From: a virus
Taxonomy: Duplodnaviria > Caudoviricetes
Virus record (IMG/VR): IMGVR_UViG_3300020045_008243
Coordinates: 1-49,746 of that record
Strand: one strand, 5' to 3'
DNA: 49,746 bases
A program made the translations under genes and the position numbers. This document shows positions 8,917 to 18,268 of this stretch, piece after piece. Each line of letters begins with the position of its first letter. Positions within the stretch are counted from its first letter, which is position 1. Under the pieces are notes generated by a model that did no database searches, had not been told where the DNA came from, and saw nothing but the letters and a program-made list of their open reading frames with translations.

Positions 8917-9327
8917 ATGAAGAAAGTTTTATTTATTGCAATATCTTGCGCCGCTATCATTTGTTCTGGATGTGCAACATCCAAAAACGCCGCGATGGTC
9001 AAAAGGGCGCAAATTGCCGTCACCGCGCCCGTATGCAAAGCAGGGCAGAGTTGTGACGTTATGTGGGACGCAGCTCAACTATGGGTAGTCCATAATGCTG
9101 ATTATAAAATTCAAATGGTTACAAACGTGCTTATCGAAACATACAATCCGGGCAGGAACAGCGCGGACATTGCCGCCAGAATCACCAAGGAGCCAATTGG
9201 AAACGACGAATATAAGATAGTCGCGTCAATTTGGTGTAATAATTTATTCGGTTGTATCCCCAATCCGCTCGATGCGATTCTTGATTTTAACAATACCGTC
9301 AATATGTCATACCCGCCTAAAAAGTAG
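8917..9327 (+). CDS. Lipoprotein in the immunity region; candidate superinfection exclusion protein
   Basis: MKKVLFIAISCAAIICSG-C lipobox; co-oriented directly after the repressor. Confidence 0.7.
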   Translation: MKKVLFIAISCAAIICSGCATSKNAAMVKRAQIAVTAPVCKAGQSCDVMWDAAQLWVVHNADYKIQMVTNVLIETYNPGRNSADIAARITKEPIGNDEYKIVASIWCNNLFGCIPNPLDAILDFNNTVNMSYPPKK

Positions 9328-9381
9328 CCTCTAAAAATCCCTCTCTGTAAAAATCCGGACACCTATAATTTTTTTAACACA

Positions 9382-9435
9382 ATAACGAATATTGTTATTT
9401 TTATTCTTGACAACTATAATGATATTCGTTACTAT
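9382..9435 (+). promoter_or_regulatory. Rightward early promoter (PL-like) with operator pair
   Basis: TTGACA 9407-9412, 17 bp, TACTAT 9430-9435; operators ATAACGAATATTGTTAT (9382-9398) and ATAATGATATTCGTTAC (9416-9432). Confidence 0.8.
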
Positions 9436-9600
9436 CCACTCAAATGCTCAAATTCACCCGCTGCTTGATTGCATGGTGAGAGCGCCCGCCCGATTCCAGG
9501 CTGAATAAGATCAGGAGCGATAGGGCAAAGATCAGAATTTCCGTAGGCGGTGTACCAAATTTATAAACGGAACGGCTGTTTTAACGGTCAAGGGGGTTTT

Positions 9601-10305
9601 ATGTCCAATGAAATTAAAAACAGATTCACAGGAGCGACAATTTCAACAGGAGCAAAACTTCTTGATGCTATCAAAAACGCCAGGGCGGACCTTTCCGGGG
9701 CGGACCTTTCCGGGGCGAACCTTTCCAGGGCGGACCTTTCCAGGGCGGACCTTTCCTGGGCGGACCTTTCCAGGGCGGACCTTTCCTGGGCGGACCTTTC
9801 CTGGGCGGACCTTTCCGGGGCGAACCTTTCCGGGGCGGACCTTTCCAGGGCGGACCTTTCCAGGGCGGACCTTTCCTGGGCGAACCTTTCCGGGGCGGAC
9901 CTTTCCAGGGCGAACCTTTCCGGGGCGAACCTTTCCTGGGCGAACCTTTCCGGGGCGAACCTTTCCTGGGCGAACCTTTCCGGGGCGGACCTTTCCGGGG
10001 CGGAAAAACTATCTTTTGCAAGGTTCCCATCGATCAAAATGTTGGCGTCTTTAAATCTCGGGACATTATCGGATCTATTGACTCTTGAGCTTATGAGGCG
10101 TGACGCAGCAGCACATCCAAATCCTGAATTGTTTGACGTTTGGGCTAAAGATGGCGGATGCCCATACGCTGGCAACATAGACCAGTTCTGGATTTTCAGC
10201 GTTAATAAAAAGTTGTGGAGGCCTGGACCGCCGGAAATGGCCGACAGGGATTTGATCGTTTTAATCTGCAAAGAAAAAGGGTGGGAGATTAAGTTCCTTA
10301 GTTGA
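9601..10305 (+). CDS. Pentapeptide-repeat protein with a C-terminal globular domain
   Basis: 21 A[DN]LS[GRW] units; RBS AAGGGGG upstream of ATG 9601. Confidence 0.9.
   Translation: MSNEIKNRFTGATISTGAKLLDAIKNARADLSGADLSGANLSRADLSRADLSWADLSRADLSWADLSWADLSGANLSGADLSRADLSRADLSWANLSGADLSRANLSGANLSWANLSGANLSWANLSGADLSGAEKLSFARFPSIKMLASLNLGTLSDLLTLELMRRDAAAHPNPELFDVWAKDGGCPYAGNIDQFWIFSVNKKLWRPGPPEMADRDLIVLICKEKGWEIKFLS
9685..9999 (+). repeat. 21 x 15-bp coding tandem repeat GCG(G/A)ACCTTTCC(G/A/T)GG
   Basis: Directly visible; only two positions vary. Confidence 0.95.
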
Positions 10306-10343
10306 GAACTTTAAGAAACAAACGGCTATTTAAGGGGTGATTT

Positions 10344-11111
10344 ATGTCCAACGAACCGACAGTGTTTGATTTCAATGGGATCGGGATTTCCATCATCACA
10401 GATGTTGGCGGAAATCCATGGTTTATTGCAAATGACGTCTGCGCGGCACTCGGATACTCTAACCCAAGGGACGCCGTTTCTAAGCATGTGAGAAGTCATC
10501 AAAAAGCTGCCGTCACGATTCGCGACACCAGCTCCAACGGGGTGGCCCAAAACAGGAGCACGACCATCATCAACGAAGGCGGCCTGAACCGGCTCGTGCT
10601 CAGAAGCAAGCTCACCGCCGCCGAAGAGCTCCAAGATTGGGTAACAGATCAGGTCTTACCGGCAATCCGCAAAACCGGCTCCTACAAGGTCCGCGAACTT
10701 AGCAGAATGGAGCTGATCCAGCTTGCCATGGACGCCGAAAGAGAACGCCTGGTCGCGGTGGCGGAAAAAGCCAAGCTCGAAGAGCAGGCCCGAAAGAATG
10801 TGCCGAAGCTGATCGCGCACAGCCTTTTCATCGAATCATCCGGGCTCATGACGCTCAGGGAGGCCGGGAAACTTCTTCAGCAGCACCCGAACATTTTCAC
10901 GAAGAAACTCCGCGAAAAGAAAGTGCTGTACATCTTAAATAAAAACAACGTCCCCCACCAGGAGTACATTGAACGCGGATACTTCGAAGTAAAGTCAAAA
11001 CTGAATCACGAAATAAATAAAACTTTCTCGCAGACGTTCGTGACGCCGAAGGGCCTGGATTGGCTCAAGCGGTTTTTGCCGGGTGGCTTGCCAGACCGGG
11101 AAAACAATTAA
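10344..11111 (+). CDS. BRO-N / KilAC phage antirepressor
   Basis: PWFIANDVCAALGYSNPRDAV..H, INEGGL, WVTDQVLPAIRKTGSY; C-terminal PHQEYIERGYF..QTFVTPKGLDWL. Confidence 0.9.
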   Translation: MSNEPTVFDFNGIGISIITDVGGNPWFIANDVCAALGYSNPRDAVSKHVRSHQKAAVTIRDTSSNGVAQNRSTTIINEGGLNRLVLRSKLTAAEELQDWVTDQVLPAIRKTGSYKVRELSRMELIQLAMDAERERLVAVAEKAKLEEQARKNVPKLIAHSLFIESSGLMTLREAGKLLQQHPNIFTKKLREKKVLYILNKNNVPHQEYIERGYFEVKSKLNHEINKTFSQTFVTPKGLDWLKRFLPGGLPDRENN

Positions 11112-11288
11112 ACCCTGCAATTCAGCAGGCCCTGGCCGCGTTGATTTTATTCCTTGAACCGGAGGCGCGGCAGGGGAAACCAAATCAATCCGAATTCACG
11201 GGATCTCGTAGCCAAAAGGCGCGGTAGGCTAAGGGCACTCATACCCTTCTCCAGCGAGTCGCGCACCGTGAGTTTTTAAAGGAGGCAC

Positions 11289-11627
11289 ATGGACACAGCA
11301 TACGAAAATTTAGAGGGCAAAGAAATCTTATTTATAGTTTGCGGAATGCCGATCTTGGCAATCGTCACCGGCTGCGACAGTGACTTAGGCATATCGATCC
11401 AGCGCAAGACCAGCAAAGAATACCTCATGTGTCTCAACGGGCCGATGTCTCCGATATCTAAAGATCCGCGCTCTGGATTCAATGCCGAAAAATACTCTTC
11501 TGAATTCGAAGGGGTCGTGAAAATGATTCGATCCGGTGTGGTTAAAGCCACTGCGCTTATGTTGCTGTTTGGTACTGGCAAAAGAGTAGACGAGCCGACA
11601 GCCGGCCACTGCCCGTTTTCGCAATAA
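11289..11627 (+). CDS. Hypothetical protein
   Basis: Strong RBS AAGGAGG; 112 aa. Confidence 0.65.
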   Translation: MDTAYENLEGKEILFIVCGMPILAIVTGCDSDLGISIQRKTSKEYLMCLNGPMSPISKDPRSGFNAEKYSSEFEGVVKMIRSGVVKATALMLLFGTGKRVDEPTAGHCPFSQ

Positions 11628-11654
11628 AACCCGCAAGCACAAAAAGGATCAGCC

Positions 11655-11954
11655 ATGTACGAAGCAGCATTAAGCACAAAGATAATCGAAACCGCCGGCA
11701 AGTACCGATCAAGCCTCAAGTCGTCCGAATCAACTGCACACGCGGCCATGGTCGCCGGAGCCAACCTGATTATCGGCGGGATGAACATCATCAATACCGC
11801 CCTCCGGTCCGCACCTGAAACAGAATTCGCCGGAGTGATGGAGGGGCTTGTTGTTGACATCGCCGTCACTCTTTCCCAGCGGATTGATGAAATCAAGGCG
11901 GTAGCAAATGAACTCGGAATCGTAATGGAGAAAGGGGGTCAAAATGTATCGTGA
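11655..11954 (+). CDS. Hypothetical protein
   Basis: RBS AAGGA; 99 aa, helical. Confidence 0.6.
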   Translation: MYEAALSTKIIETAGKYRSSLKSSESTAHAAMVAGANLIIGGMNIINTALRSAPETEFAGVMEGLVVDIAVTLSQRIDEIKAVANELGIVMEKGGQNVS

Positions 11955-12135
11955 AATAACAGGGGAAGAGCTTCTATCCGCCGAGTTGAGGCGCAAATAT
12001 ATCGCCTCGCTACCCGAAGATTGGAACAGGGTGGGAAGGATAAACATCATCGCCCGACTCGTACTTTACATTTTAGCCGCCGGGCTTTGCGTCGGCCTTG
12101 TTTGCGGCCTGCGGTGGCTTTTGGGAGGGGCATGA
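11944..12135 (+). CDS. Small membrane protein
   Basis: C-terminal hydrophobic helix; overlaps the previous stop. Confidence 0.5.
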   Translation: MYREITGEELLSAELRRKYIASLPEDWNRVGRINIIARLVLYILAAGLCVGLVCGLRWLLGGA

Positions 12136-12215
12136 AACAGCTCATCACAGAGGTATTCTTATTCATCGGCGTAATTCTTTCCGGGGCCATCTTCACGCTC
12201 CTAATAGGATAAATT

Positions 12216-14216
12216 ATGGAAATCAAAATAATTTCGCTATCATATTCAAATTTCAAAGGCGGTTCGGAAACCCTCATTTTCGATGGCCAGAACGCCGATG
12301 TTTTCGGCACAAACCGGGCAGGGAAAACCCGCACCCTCGATGCATGGGACTGGCTGTTGACCGAAAAAGATTCCCAGGACTCCGCGCAGTTCGGGATTAA
12401 GCCGGTGGCCGGCCTGAAAGCCAAGACAAATATCACCGTTGAGGCTGTTATTACCATCGACGGCTCCGAAAAGGTGCTTAAAAAGGAATACGCCGAAAAG
12501 TGGACCACGAAACGCGGAGCAGCAAACGCGGAGTTCACCGGACACACGACGGAATATTTCATCGATGGTACACCGGTCGGGCTCAAGGGGTTCGATGCCT
12601 TCCTCGGGAAGATCGTTGATAAAGCCATTCTCCCCTGCTTCACAAATCTACGGTATTTCAACGAGCGGTTCGATTCCCTGCCGACAGACGGCAAAAAGAA
12701 AAAACTGTCTCCCCAGGAAGCCAGGCGCGCAATGCTGGTTTCCATGTTCGGCGACGTGACCGACGCGGATGTTATCAAAACCGATCCGGCTTTTACCCGA
12801 CTCCCCCTGGTGCTGAACGGCAAAACATCGGAAGAATACCGCCTTGGCCTGGATTACCAGTTGAAAAAGATCAAAGACGAGCGGGCGGAAATCCCGACCA
12901 GGATTGACGAAAAATTAAAAGAGCTTCCACCATCGCTCGATGTCGGTCCGTCGGCAGCGGAGAAATCCGGCATCGAGTCCCGCCTTTCGGTGCTTCGGAA
13001 TGAGCTTTCCATGATTGAATCCGGGGGCGAGGCGGGTCTAAAGAAGGCGGAACTTCTGGCAATCGAAAACCAGATCTCCGAGATTGAAGTCGGACTCCGC
13101 AAGAAAGCAGATGCGGAAGCTGCCCGGTTGCGCGGTGTAACGGACTTTTGCCAGAAGTCGCTGGATGATGAGGCCAGACGTCTGAGGCTGCTTAAAAACG
13201 ACCTCATCGACATTGACGCGCAGATTGCAGCAATCGACAAAAACAAGGTCGTCCTTATAAAAAAGTGGAAAGCGGCTAAAGCCCGGCAATTCGTCGCGCC
13301 TGAGATCGCCGGTCACTGCCCGGTATGCGGAGCCGATCCGGAGCATCAGATCAACTTCTCGGAAGAAAAAGCGCTCGCCGCGTTCAACATCCAGAAGGCC
13401 GAAGAGATCGCCGGGATCGATGCCGACGCAAAGCTTCAGATTGAAAACAGGAAGAAGCTTGAAGCTGGAAAGACGAAACTGGAAAAAGGTATTGCCGACG
13501 CGGAAAGCAAAATCACCGTATTAAAAACCGACCTGGAAACAGCCCAGAAGAATCAGGCCCTGGCAGCGGCAAAGTTACGAAACACCGCCCTCGACCCGGC
13601 CATAGCTCCACTTATCGCCAAACGTGACGCGGTCCATTCCGAACTGTCAGAAATCGCCCTCGGCAATCATGACGCCACGGATGGCATTTATGCCGAGATC
13701 GGAGAGCAGGAAAAGAAGCTGGCCGAGATCAACAAGAAGCTGGCCGACATCGACGCGGCTCAAAAAACCAAAGACCGAATATCCGAACTTGAAGCAGACG
13801 AAAAGCGTCTCTCTGCCGAATGGGAGCGCATGGAAGCCGACCGGAAACTAATCGAGGACTTCACTCGGGCGAAGTGCGCCATGTTGACCGACCGGATCAA
13901 TGGGAAGTTTCGGATTACTCGCTGGCAGTTGTTCGAGAACTTAATAAATTCTGGAATTAAGGACACCTGCACAGCTATGGCCCAAAACAACGACGGGCAG
14001 TGGGTCCAATATGGCGACCTCAATAATGAAAGCAAAGTTAATGTAGGAATTGATTGCATTAACACCCTGAGCGATCATTACGGAGTAGCATTGCCGATTT
14101 TTATTGATGATGCCGACTTAATAATTAAGTCCTTGATTTTGGAAACCAAATCACAGTTGATAAGGCTCATCGTTAGCGAAGAAGATAAACAGCTTAGAGT
14201 GAAAACCTATTGTTAA
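12216..14216 (+). CDS. Rad50/SbcC-like ABC ATPase (recombination module)
   Basis: Walker A GTNRAGKT, long coiled coil with CPVCG zinc hook, Walker B PIFIDDAD. Confidence 0.85.
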   Translation: MEIKIISLSYSNFKGGSETLIFDGQNADVFGTNRAGKTRTLDAWDWLLTEKDSQDSAQFGIKPVAGLKAKTNITVEAVITIDGSEKVLKKEYAEKWTTKRGAANAEFTGHTTEYFIDGTPVGLKGFDAFLGKIVDKAILPCFTNLRYFNERFDSLPTDGKKKKLSPQEARRAMLVSMFGDVTDADVIKTDPAFTRLPLVLNGKTSEEYRLGLDYQLKKIKDERAEIPTRIDEKLKELPPSLDVGPSAAEKSGIESRLSVLRNELSMIESGGEAGLKKAELLAIENQISEIEVGLRKKADAEAARLRGVTDFCQKSLDDEARRLRLLKNDLIDIDAQIAAIDKNKVVLIKKWKAAKARQFVAPEIAGHCPVCGADPEHQINFSEEKALAAFNIQKAEEIAGIDADAKLQIENRKKLEAGKTKLEKGIADAESKITVLKTDLETAQKNQALAAAKLRNTALDPAIAPLIAKRDAVHSELSEIALGNHDATDGIYAEIGEQEKKLAEINKKLADIDAAQKTKDRISELEADEKRLSAEWERMEADRKLIEDFTRAKCAMLTDRINGKFRITRWQLFENLINSGIKDTCTAMAQNNDGQWVQYGDLNNESKVNVGIDCINTLSDHYGVALPIFIDDADLIIKSLILETKSQLIRLIVSEEDKQLRVKTYC

Positions 14217-14225
14217 GGGGTTATT

Positions 14226-14861
14226 ATGTCTATAAGGGGATATGGGGAAAGCCTTGTTGGAAAGCGTTTCGGCAAGCTATCTATTTTAAGCGCGTCGCAG
14301 TTTATTGGTAGGGTCAGGCTTGCAACCTGCAAATGTGATTGCGGAAAAACAAGTGAGCATAGAGTGGCGCTTCTTGTCAGGGGCAATACAAAAAGTTGCG
14401 GATGTCTCAAAAAAGAGCACAACAAAGCATATTTTACTACCCACGGATGCACCAAAACACCTCTTTACCAAGTTTGGCTTAATATCCGGGACCGATGTTT
14501 TAATAAAAAATGTAAAGCCTATCCGTCATACGGCGGACGCGGAATTTCCATATGCAATGAGTGGAATGATTTTCAAGCATTTCAAAAGTGGGCGATGGAT
14601 AACGGCTATCAGAAAGGGTTGACGGTTGAACGGGTCAACAATAACGATGGGTATTCACCCGGCAACTGTGTTTTTGCAACAAGGTCAATTCAAAACAATA
14701 ATAAACGAAACAACGTCATCATCGAATATAACGGAGAGAAACTAAACCTTGCCCAGTGGGCAAAAAAGCTCGGCGTAAACAGAGAAATGATAAAGTATCG
14801 GTTTAATGCAGGGTGGAGCCCTGAGGATATTTTAACCAAACCAAGCTCAAAGGCAGCATAA
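14226..14861 (+). CDS. Free-standing HNH-type homing endonuclease
   Basis: VGKRFGKL..CKCDCG..TKSCGC, YGGRGISICNEW, TVERVNNNDGYSPGNC; AT-rich insertion between the ATPase and RecT genes. Confidence 0.85.
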   Translation: MSIRGYGESLVGKRFGKLSILSASQFIGRVRLATCKCDCGKTSEHRVALLVRGNTKSCGCLKKEHNKAYFTTHGCTKTPLYQVWLNIRDRCFNKKCKAYPSYGGRGISICNEWNDFQAFQKWAMDNGYQKGLTVERVNNNDGYSPGNCVFATRSIQNNNKRNNVIIEYNGEKLNLAQWAKKLGVNREMIKYRFNAGWSPEDILTKPSSKAA

Positions 14862-14873
14862 GGAGAAAAGCAC

Positions 14874-15887
14874 ATGGCACCAAAGACACAAACAAAAGAA
14901 ACACCAGCCCCGGTCCCGGCCCTTCAAGGCAATTCGCTGGCCGAAAGATTCACGACTATGGTGATCAAGGAGTTCGGCTCAGAAGTCGGAAAGATCGAAC
15001 TGTCGCCCTACCAGCGCAAACTCGCCCAGCATCTTTTTATCAAGATCGATATGGCACTGAAGGACCTTGACGCGAAACGAGCATCTAAGGGCCAAGATAA
15101 AAAGGCGCCCATCATATGGCAAAACGTCAACATGCAAAAGCTGGCCGTCGATGCCGTACACCGTATCGAACTCGGGCTTGATGCGCTTATCCCGAATCAC
15201 ATTCACCCGATCCCATACTTTAACTCGTCGCTTGGAAAGTATGACCTTGACCTCCGCGTCGGCTATGTCGGGAAGGATTACTATTATCGAGAAATGGCCC
15301 TTTATCCCCCTACGGACATCGTTTATGAATTGGTCCACAAAAACGATGAATTTATCGTTATAAAAAAGGGGCAGTCGAACCAGGTGGAAAGTTATATCTT
15401 CAAGATCAACAACCCGTTTGACCGCGGCCCGGTAGTCGGCGGGTTCGGGTACGTCCGGTACGAAGATGAGACGAAAAACCGCCTGCAAATCGTGACCATG
15501 GAAAACTTCACCCGGTCGAAGAAGGCCGCCCAAAGTGATGATTTTTGGAGCAAAGACACGGAAGCGATGCAGTATAAAACCATCGTTCACCGCACCGTCG
15601 CCAAAATAACCCTGGACCCGGAAAAGATAAACGCCTCTTTTGTCCGGGTGGAACAGGATGAATACGACGCGCCGGAAACTCCTGCTCAAGCCGAAATCGA
15701 GAAGAACGCCAACAAGGACGTTATCGACCTGAAGCCGACCCCAAAAGCCGGAAAAGCCAAGGAGCCAGCCTCCGACGATCCGCCTCCGATGACCGAAGAA
15801 GAGAAGGCGTCCGCAATGTCGGAAGAGGAAGCGTTTATGGCTGAGGATGACGCCGGTAACGGCCTGATTCCGGAATGGGCACAATGA
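14874..15887 (+). CDS. recT: RecT-family single-strand annealing protein
   Basis: LGLDAL..HIHPIPY...RVGYVG, NPFDRGPVVGGFGY, FW....EAMQYKT; acidic tail; flanked by the ATPase and MBL nuclease. Confidence 0.8.
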   Translation: MAPKTQTKETPAPVPALQGNSLAERFTTMVIKEFGSEVGKIELSPYQRKLAQHLFIKIDMALKDLDAKRASKGQDKKAPIIWQNVNMQKLAVDAVHRIELGLDALIPNHIHPIPYFNSSLGKYDLDLRVGYVGKDYYYREMALYPPTDIVYELVHKNDEFIVIKKGQSNQVESYIFKINNPFDRGPVVGGFGYVRYEDETKNRLQIVTMENFTRSKKAAQSDDFWSKDTEAMQYKTIVHRTVAKITLDPEKINASFVRVEQDEYDAPETPAQAEIEKNANKDVIDLKPTPKAGKAKEPASDDPPPMTEEEKASAMSEEEAFMAEDDAGNGLIPEWAQ

Positions 15888-16070
15888 TTACATTTCTGAA
15901 GATACTTGATCCTGTCGAAATTCCATCTATGCCGGAGGTGCTTATTGCGATAGCACCGCATGCTGCGGCTGGCGCGTGTATGGGTTATGGCAATGGCTTA
16001 GACAAATTATTTTAAAACGGGGGCGACATCCGGCGCCGCCCCCTTATACTTCCGTAAGGATTAAGTACTC

Positions 16071-16334
16071 ATGATAGCGAAAACGACCAAAAGAAAAAAC
16101 GCGGTTGCCCTATCAAGAACGATTACCGAGATTATCCAAGGTAGTGATGAAATCGCTTCGGCAACGTTTAATGTAAGCTATGATTACGCGGAAATATCAA
16201 GCGTTCATGAAGGGCGCATTGAAAGAATGCCGACTGGCTGGATGAATGTTGATATCAAAATTAGATGCAAAACGCTTGCCAACAAAAAACCCAAAAAAGG
16301 AAAGGTCCAGCATGGAAGAAAAACAAGCATTTGA
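16071..16334 (+). CDS. Hypothetical protein
   Basis: 87-aa ORF with RBS AAGGA. Confidence 0.5.
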   Translation: MIAKTTKRKNAVALSRTITEIIQGSDEIASATFNVSYDYAEISSVHEGRIERMPTGWMNVDIKIRCKTLANKKPKKGKVQHGRKTSI

Positions 16335-16704
16335 ACAATGGGCAACTCTCGAACTGTTCGGCCACAAGAAACTTGCAGGAAAGATCAGCGAACAGGTAAT
16401 CGGCGGGTGTTCTTTTGTCCGTGTCGATGTCCCACGAACAGCAGCTTGCGGACCGTTCACCAAGCTTTTCGGGCAGGGCGCAATCTACGGAATACTTTTT
16501 GTTGATGAGGAAACGGCAATGGCGGCGGCGGTAATGATGGCCGAAAAACCGATTGATGAATGGTCGGCGAGGAAGATGATTGAGGGTCTTCCAGCCGCGC
16601 CTTGCGCTGGCAGGCTTGTTGATGCTGAGTTTGTAGATCCGTTTTCCGACGATGACGATGAAGCTATCTTTGGGGATACAGGAGAAGACGCCCTTGATTT
16701 TTAA
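16312..16704 (+). CDS. Conserved hypothetical phage protein
   Basis: QWATLELFGHKKLAGKISEQ..GG..FVRVDVP...FTKLFGQGAIY pattern. Confidence 0.7.
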   Translation: MEEKQAFEQWATLELFGHKKLAGKISEQVIGGCSFVRVDVPRTAACGPFTKLFGQGAIYGILFVDEETAMAAAVMMAEKPIDEWSARKMIEGLPAAPCAGRLVDAEFVDPFSDDDDEAIFGDTGEDALDF

Positions 16705-17386
16705 GTCTCATTACAGCAGCAGTTCCGGCAATCTCTACACCCTGAAAAGCGGCAAGCACACGCTTTTGATTGAGGCGGGGGTTCCGATCAAAAAGATCAT
16801 GGCCGCATTGGATTACAAGCTTTCGTCGGTTGACGGGTGTTTGGTGTCTCATATGCACTCAGACCACTCCATGGCTATCAGGGAGGTTATGGCCCACGGT
16901 GTTGACTGCTACACCACGGTTGAGACTTTCGGAGCGGTTAGGGCACATGGACACAGGACGCACGCGATTGAGCCGTTGGTACAATTCATAATAGCGGATC
17001 ATTGGGAGGCCGTGGCTTTTCCAACTCAACATGATTGTGCGGGGTCAGTCGGCTTTTTAATCTCCAACATGACGGATGAAAGGTTCTTGTTCGCTACGGA
17101 CACCTTTTATCTTCGGCATACCTTTCCCGGATGCACGGTCATTGCGGTAGAATGCAATTACAGCGTAGAAACCTTGGCGCCCGACCTTGACCCGGTAAGA
17201 AGGAAACGTCTTTTGACATCGCATTTCAGCTTGGAAAACGTGGTCAAATTCTTCCAGGCCAACGACCTGGGCAAGCTCAGGGAGGTTCACCTGCTCCATC
17301 TCTCTGACGCGAACTCCGACGCGGAGCTTTTCCGGAAAACCATTGCGGCCGTAACCGCTTGCCCGGTTTATATTGCGGAGAAATAA
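16694..17386 (+). CDS. Metallo-beta-lactamase-fold nuclease (YycJ-like, RecT partner)
   Basis: SSSSGN, LLIEAG, SHMHSDH, QHD, FATDT, ECNY, LLHLS; TTG start after GGAG. Confidence 0.85.
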   Translation: MIFKSHYSSSSGNLYTLKSGKHTLLIEAGVPIKKIMAALDYKLSSVDGCLVSHMHSDHSMAIREVMAHGVDCYTTVETFGAVRAHGHRTHAIEPLVQFIIADHWEAVAFPTQHDCAGSVGFLISNMTDERFLFATDTFYLRHTFPGCTVIAVECNYSVETLAPDLDPVRRKRLLTSHFSLENVVKFFQANDLGKLREVHLLHLSDANSDAELFRKTIAAVTACPVYIAEK

Positions 17387-18268
17387 ATGACAAACAAAAT
17401 CGATATATCAAAAGGAAGATATTGGGACAGACCGTGGAGTTTGGTCAGTTCTTGCGACCGGGTGTCGCCGGGATGCCTCAATTGTTGGGCGCTTGCCATG
17501 GAGAAGCGGTTTCACAAGGAAGGTCCGGTAACGGTTCATCCGGATCGGTTATCAATCCCGCTCAAAACTAAAAGGCCTACGGTGTGGGCGGTATGGAACG
17601 ACCTATATCATAAAGATGTCCCCATCGAGTTCAGACATGAAGTATATGCTCACATGATAGCGTGGACAAGACATACGTTTTTAGTCTTAACCAAGCGACC
17701 ACAAACCATGGCCGACTACCTATTATCAGAAATCCCCCTGATCAAAAGTGAAGGCATGCCAAGATGCCAAGATTTAATGGATAATGTTTGGCACGGCCTA
17801 ACTGTCTGCAACCAGCAAGAAGCAAACGAAAAAATCCCGGTGTTTTTGAAAGTGCCGGGGAGGAAGTTTCTTTCGATTGAGCCGATGCTTGGGCCGATTG
17901 ACCTGCATACCCTTACTGGTCGACACGAAGACCATCCAGAAATCAATAGCCGTATCTTCGAGCGCCAGATTGACGGCATATCGGCGGTTTTATGCGGCGG
18001 CGAAACCGGTCCAGGAGCAAGGCCGACGCATCCGGATTGGATAAGGTCTATTCGGGATCAGTGCGCGGAATCAGGGACGCCATTTTTTTTCAAGCAGTGG
18101 GGGGAGTTCGTGCCCTTAGATATGGTCAAACAGGAGGACAGGCCGAGACGGAGGTTTTACGTTTCCCCAGGGGGACAATTCCCGTGGATGTTCAAAGTTG
18201 GCCGCAAAAAAGCAGGCCGCGCCATGGACGGAACAACCTATGATTCTTTGCCATGGATGCCCAAATGA
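17387..18268 (+). CDS. Gp37/Gp68 family (DUF5131) protein
   Basis: CDRVSPGCLNCWA, LTKRP, FLSIEPMLGP, GGETGPGARP, FFFKQWG. Confidence 0.9.
   Translation: MTNKIDISKGRYWDRPWSLVSSCDRVSPGCLNCWALAMEKRFHKEGPVTVHPDRLSIPLKTKRPTVWAVWNDLYHKDVPIEFRHEVYAHMIAWTRHTFLVLTKRPQTMADYLLSEIPLIKSEGMPRCQDLMDNVWHGLTVCNQQEANEKIPVFLKVPGRKFLSIEPMLGPIDLHTLTGRHEDHPEINSRIFERQIDGISAVLCGGETGPGARPTHPDWIRSIRDQCAESGTPFFFKQWGEFVPLDMVKQEDRPRRRFYVSPGGQFPWMFKVGRKKAGRAMDGTTYDSLPWMPK

Noticed and set aside
9685-9999. Possible CRISPR array
   Set aside because: Contiguous 15-bp units without spacers, in frame in a pentapeptide protein; no cas genes
9588-10271. Alternative-frame and antisense ORFs over the repeat (PERSA, GRTFP, RKGPP repeats)
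   Set aside because: By-products of a stop-free 15-bp repeat; only the A[DN]LS frame has an RBS and a known fold
11193-11274. tRNA-Met/Ile (CAT) gene
   Set aside because: A CTCATA loop is present, but there is no GTTCGA T-loop, canonical arm spacing or CCA end; kept only as a structured RNA candidate
14979-15884. 301-aa antisense ORF (likewise 7690..8427, 12047..12823, 23836..24477, 47282..47962)
   Set aside because: Shadow ORFs opposite well-supported genes, with no recognisable motifs
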